DNA of 63,918 nt, the filler included, from Octopus bimaculoides (Eukaryota), in the NCBI RefSeq assembly GCF_001194135.2. It is 7 parts of 7 records of this genome, joined end to end, with 100 filler letters (N's around TTAATTAATTAA, not from the genome) between each part and the next. Parts side by side here need not be neighbours in the genome. Positions count along the whole stretch, not along the records: positions 1 to 26,085 come from NC_069003.1; 6 more parts are not named here. One strand, 5' to 3'. Below the pieces are notes generated by a model, which was given only the letters and a program-made list of their open reading frames with translations, was not told the DNA's origin and made no database searches. Below, one piece after another: positions 1 to 10,002 of the stretch; position 1 is the stretch's first letter; each line of letters opens with the position of its first letter. The translations under genes were made by a program, and so were the position numbers.

Positions 1-470
1 ATACCTTGGCCAAAATTTTGAACTATGCATTCAGCAGAGTTATGGGCCTAAAGTTGTCTCTACAGTTCCCTTTGTTCGGATCTTTTCTCAGCAACTCCAC
101 CGCTCCTCGGCTCACAAAACTGGGAATTCTCCAGTTGCAGTAAACGTTTGCCAAGAGGTCGCCGAAGAAGTCTGGTATGTAAGCGTAAATTTCGAAGGGA
201 AGATCATTTAAACCAGGGAAGATCATTTAAACCATTGCTTCCCGTATTTCAAAGGTTGTTATCGGCCATTCGCAGTGCTTCGCCTCTGTCGCCGAGAGCC
301 GTGCAACCCGTCGAAGTAGGAAATGATATCCATCCTGCGACCCAGCTCGCCGCTACTCACGATTAGTTGAACAAAGCGCTGCTGAAAAGCCGCACACCTC
401 TGTTTCGGATCGATTATCTTTTGGCCTTCGTGGTCCGGTAAGGATCGGATCGGGATTTATTGTCATACCG
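1..470 (-). mobile_element. Decayed non-LTR (L1/Tx1-like) reverse transcriptase fragment
   Basis: The minus strand reads PGLNDLPFEIY...RGAVELLRKDPNKG...DNFRPITLLNA*FKILAKV, matching the PGxDG...NWRPISLLNxDYKILAKV region of L1/Tx1 RTs. It has a stop codon and a 19-bp tandem duplication near 197-235. The upstream boundary is approximate. Confidence 0.7.
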
Positions 471-545
471 TGCCTCTGTCACTCGGACCCATTGAACGAC
501 TTTCGTCCCTTTGTGTCTAAGCATGAGTAGTATTGTAGAGTATAT

Positions 546-1821
546 CAGAGGCTCTCAAAAGGTACGCCCGGGCGCACTGGTGCGCCCTGGGATTTTCCAA
601 AGATGTGCATTCAGGTATAAAGAAGTAAATGCATAGCTACTTTCTTATGTTATACAATTACCTTACGGATATACCGGTATTTCCGTCAACACAAAATTAT
701 AACAATATCACTCTTGTTTGCAACGAACAGCTAGCTTCAGGCCTGCAAGCATTGTGAACACATTTTGAACGAGATTTGAACGACTCTGCAACAGCCAAGT
801 GTGCGGCAGTGTGGCAAAAACATTAGGAGAGGAACTAAAAGAAGTTTTAGATCAAGTTGTTCAGATGGTAAACTTTATTAAAACAAGAGCTGTCAAATCT
901 CGTATATTCGAACAGTTTTGTACCGATATGGATTCTCAACACAAATGGCTGCTTTTACACACCAATGTAAGGTGGCTGTCAAGAGGAAAAGTACTTACCC
1001 CTGCACACAAGCTACGACACGAACTTCTTGCATTCTTTGAAGAAATGAAACAATCTAATTTTTGTGAACTTCTTCGTTCCGAATTTCGGATTGTCAGGTT
1101 ACAGTATTTGGCCGATATATTTCAGCAGCTCAATATTTTAAATACTAGCATGCAAGGGAAAGAAGAAAACATTCTAATGTCCACTGACAAAATGAAAGCT
1201 TTCCAAAGAAAACTTAAGATTTGGAAGCAAAAAGCTGTTGAAGGGAATTTGGAAATGTTTCCTTTGTTAAGTCAAAGTGAAACAGGCATAGAAGAAAAAC
1301 TGAGTTCGTATTTCCTATCACTGAAAACTGAACAATGACTGGATCAGAAACCCATTCGTAGAAACTTCCAATGATTTCGAATTAACATTGATAGAAGAGG
1401 AACTCGCTGCTATATCTACTGACCGTGGATTCATGATGAAACACTAGGAATTGTCCCTTGAAGTTTTCTGGATTTCTGTAAAAGATGAATATGTTTCGAT
1501 TTCTAAAAAAGCTCTTACTATTTTGCTGCAATTTTCACTTCAGATCTATGTGAATTGGGATTTTCCGCTCTTTCTACTATCAAGTACAAAAAGCGAGGAA
1601 CACTTACATGCATTGATGAAGAAATGCGAGTTTGTCTTTCAAACATACACCCAAACATTGAAGAAATTGCTAAAACACATCAAGCTAATGTTTCCCATGA
1701 ATTCAAGAAAGAAGAATCTTAAGGTATGTGTTATTTAGCTTAGAAATTTGCATATGGTGCGCCCACAATTATTTGTAGGGGTTCAAGTGCGCCCTGACCT
1801 CAAACGAGTTGAGAACCACTG
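546..1821 (+). mobile_element. Internally deleted hAT (Charlie/Buster-type) DNA transposon
   Basis: TIRs CAGAGGCTCTCAAA (546-559) and CAGTGGTTCTCAAC (reverse complement at 1808-1821). 8-bp TSD GAGTATAT/GAGTGTAG (6/8). Subterminal GTGCGCCC motifs occur at both ends. Confidence 0.85.
799..1700 (+). pseudogene. hAT transposase C-terminal half (ZBED5/Buster-like), frameshifted
   Basis: ORF 799-1338 has VNFIKTRAVKSRIF, LLLHTNVRWLSRGKVL, LQYLADIFQQLNILNTSMQG. Downstream frames give the dimerization domain (FWISVKDEY..SKKALTILLQFS...DEEMRVCLSNIHPNIEEI). The N-terminus is missing. Confidence 0.85.
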
Positions 1822-1914
1822 GAGTGTAGTACAATCAACCGTCAATTCCAAGCGAGTATCGCTTGGTAATGTGTATCATGTTTTCCTTAATTGTTTTAAG
1901 TCCCTACGTAGTTA

Positions 1915-2153
1915 CAAACAGATATAGATACCTTCCTAATTGGATCCCGTCAACCATGAATCAGTGGAGCATGAAGGATATGATAAGCTGGAGGGAGAAA
2001 AAGTTGCACCAGCACTCGGCCGGTTGCTCATTTATAGCTGAGTGAAGTGAAGTACCTTGCTCAGGATTAAAACTTGTTACCTGGTCCAAGAATTGAGCCC
2101 ACAACTTCAGAATCATGAACCAAGCACTCAACCACTAAGCCACACGGGCCTTC
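1915..2153 (-). mobile_element. tRNA-derived SINE with CORE-like domain (diverged)
   Basis: The minus strand has a tRNA-like head (GTGGCTTAGTGGTTGAGTGCTTGGTTCATG...GGGCTCAATTCTTGG) followed by a CCTGAGCAAGGTACTT CORE-like motif. Confidence 0.6.
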
Positions 2154-2417
2154 ACAATAGCAAGTAAGCATGGGCGCTCAAAATAGGTAGACTCAGTCTT
2201 CCGTTATAATTCCTTACATATCTAGAATAATTTACGGGTATATCGAATCAACTTTAAAAATTCATCAATAAATTTACTCTGTCGGACTTTGGAAAGATAA
2301 AACTTAAAATTGAACTCAAGTAGACTCGAACTCGGAACATGGAAGGTCGCAAGGCACTTTTTCTGACGCTCAAATAATTCTACTCTCAAACCCGTTGATG
2401 TTTGATTTTAATAATGG

Positions 2418-2600
2418 TTTCTAATTTAGGCACAAGGCCAGCTATTTTGAGGCGGAGAGGGGTTAACTAAGTACATGGATCCAGTACTTGACTGGTACTT
2501 TCTTTTATCGACCCCGAAAGAAAGAAAAGCAAATTTAACTCCAGTAGCAAGATTTGAATTCAGAAGTTAAGGAACAAAGTATTTTACAAACGTTCTTACG
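2418..2600 (-). mobile_element. SINE family 1 copy (GTTCAAATTC...CTTTCGGGGTCGATAAA...AGTACCAG...CTTGTGCC type)
   Basis: Same family recurs at 5155-5313, 25633-25846, 58616-58827 (+) and 61960-62165. Confidence 0.7.
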
Positions 2601-2899
2601 ATTCTGTCAGGTCACACCCTTTATCTTTTACTTTTTTATTTGTATTAGTCATTAGTTTGCAGCCATGCCGTGTCACCGTCTTGAAGAGTTTAGTTGAACA
2701 AATCGATCCCACCTTTTTTTAACCTCTAAGTTGCGGAGATGTAAACAAGCGAACACCGGTTGTCAAATGGTGGGGAAGTTCACGCACACATATACACGCA
2801 CGCACGACAAATGAGGGTTCAGTAAAATAAAGCAGTAATCATGTTTTATGGACACAAATATATCTCTTGAGACTTGCCGGTGCCTTGCAAACCTTTTGG

Positions 2900-3120
2900 C
2901 AAATGAAACAAGTTGAAGACTCAGCTCGAGTGCCTGTGGATCATTCACTACGTGTTTTCTTAAGTGGATGGCAAGGTCTGCTCCGTACCACAAAACCACA
3001 ATGACAGGTAAGGTTTTCATTTAGAAGGGCGGCGTTTTGCCAGCCTACGTTCATGCTTGCTCGAAGGTGGTCCCGATACTGAAGTCAACTTTGCTTAAAT
3101 CTTTGAACTGGAGAGAATCA
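2900..3120 (-). mobile_element. RTE-clade LINE extreme 3' fragment (C2H2-like terminus)
   Basis: Frameshifted translation RRLAKRR...LTCHCGFV..S...LAIHLRKH resembles the C-terminal zinc finger of BovB-like RTEs. Confidence 0.4.
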
Positions 3121-3482
3121 GGACTATATATACATGGGATCCGAACAAAAACCTCCTAGGACAAAAGCCCCACGGTTATATTTTCCAGTTACTTTTAGTT
3201 ATTTAGAATTTTTCGTTGAACATATCGATCCCAGGTTTTTTTTTCTTTTTTACTTGTTGCTTTTCACCTTTTATTTGTTTCAGTCAATGGCCCGGGAACA
3301 AAATTTGCTTAGGTGGTGCAGACCCAGGTCCAAATTTTTTACGAAAAAAGTAGATTTTTTCAATGTTAACATTAAAAGAAATGCAGTTAAAATAATCAAT
3401 TTTATCATTATGAGGGTCGACTGAAATGTTCATAGCCTAAGCAAGACACTCTCATGGAATGTAACTAAATGAAGTTCATTTT

Positions 3483-3760
3483 TTAAACATAGTTCCTCTT
3501 ACTGTCTACACACTTCCATAAGTAGTTGCAGTGCTTGGATCGAGCTGGCGAAGAAGTTATCCTGTTGCTCAAAATAGTCATCAACTGCAGATAAGACATC
3601 TTCATCACATCGATATGGTGCCCAGACGATTGTTTTTTCATGTTGGGAAACATGATAATCAGATGGAGCCAAATCACTAACATAGGGAGGGTGATCAATC
3701 ACTTCAAAGCCAGTCAAAGCATGGTGTCAAACATCTCTGGTGACAATTCTCTCCTCTGTG
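3483..3760 (-). mobile_element. Mariner transposase C-terminal fragment
   Basis: GFEVIDHPPYVSDLAPSDYH...FPNMKKQ...DEDVLSAVDDYFEQQD..FFASSIQAL...WKCVDSKRNYV covers the mariner YSPDLAPSD motif and terminus, with frameshifts. Confidence 0.85.
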
Positions 3761-3807
3761 GTTATCTCAAAAGAAATTCCTTACTTATAACCATCTGTTG
3801 GCTCAAA

Positions 3808-4424
3808 AGAGACCACACATTTGCTGGTCTGACAAGCGGTCTGTTTCGATGACTTGAATAATCCACTTTGCACGAACGGGTATGGTTATATGACCACTTG
3901 TAGAAAACAGGCTAAATACGCCAATTGGCAACTATATAAGCCTAGATAGCCAAATAATAAATATAGCATTCGCTACACCTTCATATAAGACGCAGAAGAA
4001 TCAAGTAACCTTCCTCTCTACAGCCACCAGCCACAGAGCAACAAGTAGTGCTTACAAAAAGTAAAAAGGAAAATATACCCTCCACCCGGGTGAGAAGAGA
4101 AGGTGCACGACAAACATCAGACAAACATCCACACGCAACGAGTTAAAGGTGCTGTGCGCACCGGAGGGATATTAACAACTTAGACAATCCTTTGCACACA
4201 CATACAAATAGAATGGTTTATGGCATTCTCTTGCCACAGGGTGTATTTTGTGTGAGACACCAGAGGGTGCAGTCTTATATTTTGAGATAACCTTACAATA
4301 TAAAAGAGAGGGTGCAACTCCTTATGATTTAATATAACCTCGCAAGTCTATCTTAAATGGTGGATCAGACAGTTAGAGTATTTTCCTCTTGTGGTATTCA
4401 TCATATCAGCGACAATGAAGTATC
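3808..4424 (+). repeat. Repeat A, copy 1 (possible Merlin/ISXO2-like remnant)
   Basis: Aligns over ~620 bp with 7760-8379 at roughly 80% by eye. Fragments SIRY..EESSNLPL and TNIHTQRVKG resemble Merlin transposase motifs. The duplication is certain; the family call is weak. Confidence 0.6.
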
Positions 4425-5154
4425 ACCACAGCCGCAAAAAACATATGAACATCAGCAGCTGCAGATCTTTGCACACCAACATGTGACCGCGTCCTTTGTT
4501 GAAGTTCTGCGTAATCGATTATTCTCATAATCGTTCTCGATTACAAATCAGTGAATCCCTCTTATAACCACAGACGCTGAACCATTGTGGTGTTCCGTAT
4601 AATACACGTTAACGGCAATGAAAGATCACCACTTCCGTAGATTCAAGTAGATTCAAGAAGAAGCAGATTAAGCAGGAGCAGTTCTGGTCCTCTTGGGTAA
4701 TAATAATCGAATGAACGCGATCGTGAATGGAAACGGGCGAAATTCTATTCTTCCGAAAAGTCTTTGAAGATACGTTACTCGATTGAGTGCGTACACACCA
4801 GAGAGGTGTTCCAGGAAGGGCCTCTACTTCTCCGAATTTAATAGATCACAGCTCCGATACTAGGGAGTTGTGGTAAAAATGTTTCTGGAAAGAATCTATG
4901 GGCGGGATTCACGGGCAAAAAGAACAGATAGGAAACCCAGGGAGAGACCATGAGCAAGTTGTTTGGATAACATCTATGAGCTCGGTTGGACACTTTTCGG
5001 ATAACAGCTGAATCATATGGAGGTGGTTCATTGTGACGGGACAGGATTAAAGACGAGTTTCAGGAATATCCCACCATAAGACTTCCAAGAATGTAGTAGA
5101 TGAAGACAAGTGATTTATATAGACAAATGAACACATACACCTGTGTATATATTT

Positions 5155-5313
5155 GGCTTCAAATTTTGGCACAAGGCCAGGAATTTCGGTGAAGGGGAAA
5201 CACGTTGACATCGATTCCAGTGTTCAACTGGTACTTGTATTATCGGCAGGGACAGGATGAAAGGCAAAGTCGACCTCGGCGGAATTTGAACTCAGAAGGT
5301 AAAACCGAACGAA
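5155..5313 (-). mobile_element. SINE family 1 copy running into a gap
   Basis: GGCACAAGGCC...CAACTGGTACTT...GGATGAAAGGCAAAGTCGACCTCGGCGGAATTTGAACTCAGAA. Confidence 0.8.
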
Positions 5314-6451
5314 ANNNNNNNNNNNNNNNNNNNNNNNNNNNNNNNNNNNNNNNNNNNNNNNNNNNNNNNNNNNNNNNNNNNNNNNNNNNNNNNNNNNNNN
5401 NNNNNNNNNNNNNNNNNNNNNNNNNNNNNNNNNNNNNNNNNNNNNNNNNNNNNNNNNNNNNNNNNNNNNNNNNNNNNNNNNNNNNNNNNNNNNNNNNNNN
5501 NNNNNNNNNNNNNNNNNNNNNNNNNNNNNNNNNNNNNNNNNNNNNNNNNNNNNNNNNNNNNNNNNNNNNNNNNNNNNNNNNNNNNNNNNNNNNNNNNNNN
5601 NNNNNNNNNNNNNNNNNNNNNNNNNNNNNNNNNNNNNNNNNNNNNNNNNNNNNNNNNNNNNNNNNNNNNNNNNNNNNNNNNNNNNNNNNNNNNNNNNNNN
5701 NNNNNNNNNNNNNNNNNNNNNNNNNNNNNNNNNNNNNNNNNNNNNNNNNNNNNNNNNNNNNNNNNNNNNNNNNNNNNNNNNNNNNNNNNNNNNNNNNNNN
5801 NNNNNNNNNNNNNNNNNNNNNNNNNNNNNNNNNNNNNNNNNNNNNNNNNNNNNNNNNNNNNNNNNNNNNNNNNNNNNNNNNNNNNNNNNNNNNNNNNNNN
5901 NNNNNNNNNNNNNNNNNNNNNNGAATATCTTTTAAGTAAATATTCTACAAATACCTCTCAGACAGTGTACATTACGACTATATCGGAATTTAATGTGAAA
6001 AGAATAGAGGTCGCGCACATTTATACTGACACACATCCCAAAGATTTTTTTCAAAATCTCAAGTTCCATCTTGTGGGGATATATGTCATGTGTGTCAATG
6101 TATGTGTGTGTAATCTCCCGAATTAAAAAAAAATTTTTTCACATTAAATTCCGATATAATCGTAATCTACACCACCTGAGGAGCATTTGTAGAAAATTTC
6201 TTTACAAATAGAGCCATTTTTCTGGAAATTATCAGGAAACAAAGCTGGGGTCACAATTGCGTGGGTCTGCCGTTTTACGCACCTTTGAGTTCTTAAACAC
6301 CCTCTGTAACATGCTGGTTGGTACCATAACATAGTTACAAGGTGTCCGGTATTGTTCCTTTAACCGTATGAATTCTTAGCCAGGCAATTTCAGGACAGGA
6401 AACCTGGAGGTTCCAACCAGAAACGATACTTCACTCTCGATATATTCACAC

Positions 6452-7475
6452 AAAATATTTCAATGTAAACAATCGTGGAACCGTCAGGGGACATGATAGT
6501 AAGGATCGGTAAATAAAATTCGTACATGAAATATTCCTTTCTACAATTGGAACAAGGCATCAAATTTGGTGGAGTGAGTAGTCGATCATATTGACCCCAA
6601 AGCTTGATTGACACTTATTTTAACAACAAAAGGAACAAAGGAACCATAGACCTCGGTGGAATTTCAACTCAGATTGCAAAGGTGTACGAAATACCACCGG
6701 CGTCTTGACCAATCTGTCGATCACCGCCTGATCAACACGAAATAGTGTTTACGCAACATGTAGTGCACGGGTAGATGTAGAGAGTAGGGTTATGAACGCG
6801 GTAAGTGTTGAAGTAAAACAAGTTTGCTGCTATTAAAATGTTTGATAATATTTTCTTGATATTTCGATTATAATAAAAGCGAAATTCTGTCTGTCTGCAG
6901 CCCCTCTATCTCGGTCTGCATTTGCTCTACAGAGACATATCTTTTTGGAATGGAAATGACCTCGAGATTGAGAATCAGACCTTCTTTTGATTCTTGAACA
7001 TCCAGTATTCGGATCTGATTTAGAAATGTTTTAGTCGCTACTTTTAGCAGGTAAAGCTTGGCTGATTCTCGCCATTTTGCTTGGGGTTTGTCAGATGACG
7101 TCAGAGATGAAGGGGGAGATAAATGACATTCGCTTCGTTAATTTTATGTCCCGATAAGAACTTTGGGCCAAATTGGCCAAAATTTGGAATTCAACTTGGG
7201 ACTGGATCAATAGATTGATTGCACTACAGTATTAATTTTCATCTATCCTTAACGTCTGCTGAAACACCAGAGGGGCATATAGTCCTTATAGACATATTAT
7301 AGTTCTGCTATTCGCGCTTTTTAGTTTTGTGCCATAAGCCCAATGAGTTCAGCACAGAGTGCAGCTTTTCAGTTAAGTGTGTAATGAAGTAAAGTAGTTG
7401 CTGCATTAATTGTTCGATAATTTTCATATAATCACAATAGCTGCTAACGAAATTTTGACAATACGGCTTTAGTTA
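6452..7475. repeat. Block B copy 1 (~1 kb, duplicated at 8632-9937)
   Basis: Near-identical (about 95% by eye) to 8632-9494 plus 9792-9937. Contains a SINE scrap (6648-6730) and a Helitron-like start, ATTATAATAAAAGCGAAATTCTGTCTGTCTG (~6867). Confidence 0.9.
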
Positions 7476-7759
7476 TAAGTGTACAATATGTTTGGGACTA
7501 AGAATGTTGTTTATGTACAACATACCTCTCTCTCACGCTCTCTTTCACGCTCTCTCTCTATCTTTCTCTCCCGCTCTCACTGTCTCACACACACACACTC
7601 ACTCTCTCTCTCTCTCTCTCACGCTGATACAACACCTCACTCACGTGCGCACACTCACGCAAACTTGTTTGCTTTTGTCCATAAACTCTTGTTCATCTAA
7701 ATTGTCCGATGTTTCTTCCTTGCTTCCACTCATCTCAACCATGTTTGTGGGCACAAAAC

Positions 7760-8379
7760 AGACCACACATTTGCTGGTCTGTCAGGCTGTATATTTCGAT
7801 GATTTAAAGCATCCAATTGGCACGAACGGTTATGGCCATGTGATTACTTGTAGAAAACAAGAAAAATACGCCAGTTGGCAGCTGTTTGAACCTAGACAGC
7901 ATTCGCTACAACTTCATATGAGACATAGAAGAATCAAGTAATCTTCCTCTCTACAGCCGCCTACTACGTAGTACAAAGTAGGGCAAATAAAAAAATAAAA
8001 AGGAAAACATACCCTCCATCCGGGTTAGAAGAGATGTTGCGCGACAAACAACTAACAAAACATCTACACGCAACGAGTTAAAGGTATTGTGCGCTGCGGA
8101 AGGATCTTAAAAAGTTTGACAATCATTTGCACACTCCTACAAGGAGAATGTTTGATGGCTTTCTCTTGCTACAGGGTATATTTTGTGTGAGACACCAGAG
8201 GGTGCAGTTTTTGAACACACAGCTCCTTCTTCTATTTTACGATAACCTTACAATATGAAAGTGAGTATGCAACTCCTTATGATTTAATATAACCTCGCAA
8301 GTCTATCTTAAATAGTGAATCAAACAGTCAGAGTATTTTTCTCTCGTGTTATTGATCATATCAGCTACAATGAAGTATC
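7760..8379 (+). repeat. Repeat A, copy 2
   Basis: Direct repeat of 3808-4424; both copies end at CAATGAAGTATC. Confidence 0.8.
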
Positions 8380-8382
8380 TGG

Positions 8383-8531
8383 TTGGCACTCCGTTGGTTA
8401 CGACGACTAGGGTTCCAGTTGATCCGATCAACGGAACAGCCTGCTTGTGAAATTAACGTGCAAGTAGCTGAGCACTCGACGGACACGTGTACCCTTAACG
8501 TAGTTCTCGGGGGAGATTCAGCGAGACGCAG
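8383..8531 (-). mobile_element. SINE family 3, 3' part
   Basis: TTGGCACTCCG..GGTTACGACG..AGGGTTCCAGTTGATCCGATCAACGGAACAGCCTGC, shared with the longer copy at 57505-57834. Confidence 0.8.
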
Positions 8532-8631
8532 NNNNNNNNNNNNNNNNNNNNNNNNNNNNNNNNNNNNNNNNNNNNNNNNNNNNNNNNNNNNNNNNNNNNN
8601 NNNNNNNNNNNNNNNNNNNNNNNNNNNNNNN

Positions 8632-9937
8632 AAAATATTTCAATGTAAACAATCGTGGAACCGTAAGGGGATATGATAGTAGGGATCGGTAAATAAAAAT
8701 CGTACATGAAATATTCCTTTCTACAATTGGAACAAGGCATCAAATTTGGTGGAGTGAGTAGTCGATCATATTGACCCCAAAGCTTGATTGGCACTTATTT
8801 TAACAGCAAAAGGAACAAGGGAACCATAGACCTCGGTGGAATTTCAACTCAGATTGCAAAGGTGTACGAAATACCACCGGCGTCTTGACCAATCTGCCGA
8901 TCACCGCCTGATCAACACGAAATAGTGTTTAGGCAACATGTAGTGCACGGGTAGATGTAGAGAGTAAGGTTATGAACGCGGTAAGTGCTTAAGTAAAACA
9001 AGTTTGCTGCTATTAAAATGTTTGTTGATATTTTCTTGATATTTCGATTATAATAAAGGCGAAATTCTGTCTGTCTGCGGCCCCTCTATCTCAGTCTACA
9101 TTTGCTCTACAAAGACATATTATATTTTTTTGGAATGGGAATGACCTCAGGATTGACAATCTGACCTTCATTTGTTTCTTGAACGTCCAGTATTCGGATC
9201 TGATTTAGAAATGTTTTAGTCGCTACTTTTAGCAGGTAAAGCTTGGCTGATTCTCGCCATTTTGCTTGGTGTTTGTCAGATGACGTCAGGAATGAAGGGG
9301 GAGATAAATGACATTCGCTTCGTTAATTTTATGTCCCGATAAGAACTTTGGGCCAAATTGGCCAAAATTTGGAATTCAACTTGGGACTGGATCAATAGAT
9401 TGATTGCACTACAGTATTAATTTTCATCTATCCTTAACGTCTGCTGAAACACTAGCGGGGCATATAGTCATTATAGACATATTATAGTTCTGCTNNNNNN
9501 NNNNNNNNNNNNNNNNNNNNNNNNNNNNNNNNNNNNNNNNNNNNNNNNNNNNNNNNNNNNNNNNNNNNNNNNNNNNNNNNNNNNNNNNNNNNNNNNNNNN
9601 NNNNNNNNNNNNNNNNNNNNNNNNNNNNNNNNNNNNNNNNNNNNNNNNNNNNNNNNNNNNNNNNNNNNNNNNNNNNNNNNNNNNNNNNNNNNNNNNNNNN
9701 NNNNNNNNNNNNNNNNNNNNNNNNNNNNNNNNNNNNNNNNNNNNNNNNNNNNNNNNNNNNNNNNNNNNNNNNNNNNNNNNNNNNNNNNNNNGCCATAAGC
9801 CCAATGAGTTCCGCACAGAGTGCAGCTTTTCAGTTAAGTGTGTAATGAAGTAAAATAGTTGCTTCATTAATTTTTCGATAATTTTCATATAATCACAATA
9901 GCTGCTAACGAAATTTGATAATACGACTTTAGTTATA
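8632..9937. repeat. Block B copy 2 (gap-flanked)
   Basis: Matches 6452-7475. Bounded on the left and interrupted by N gaps. Confidence 0.85.
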
Positions 9938-10002
9938 ATTGGAAGGTGAAATTTTGTTGAGGACAAGTGTTTTCGTGTATATATATATGCATATATGTAT
10001 AT

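Noticed and set aside
4440-5110. Possible third PLE remnant on the minus strand (VSNRAHRC, KTFRKNRI)
   Set aside because: Similarity is too fragmentary to support without a profile search.
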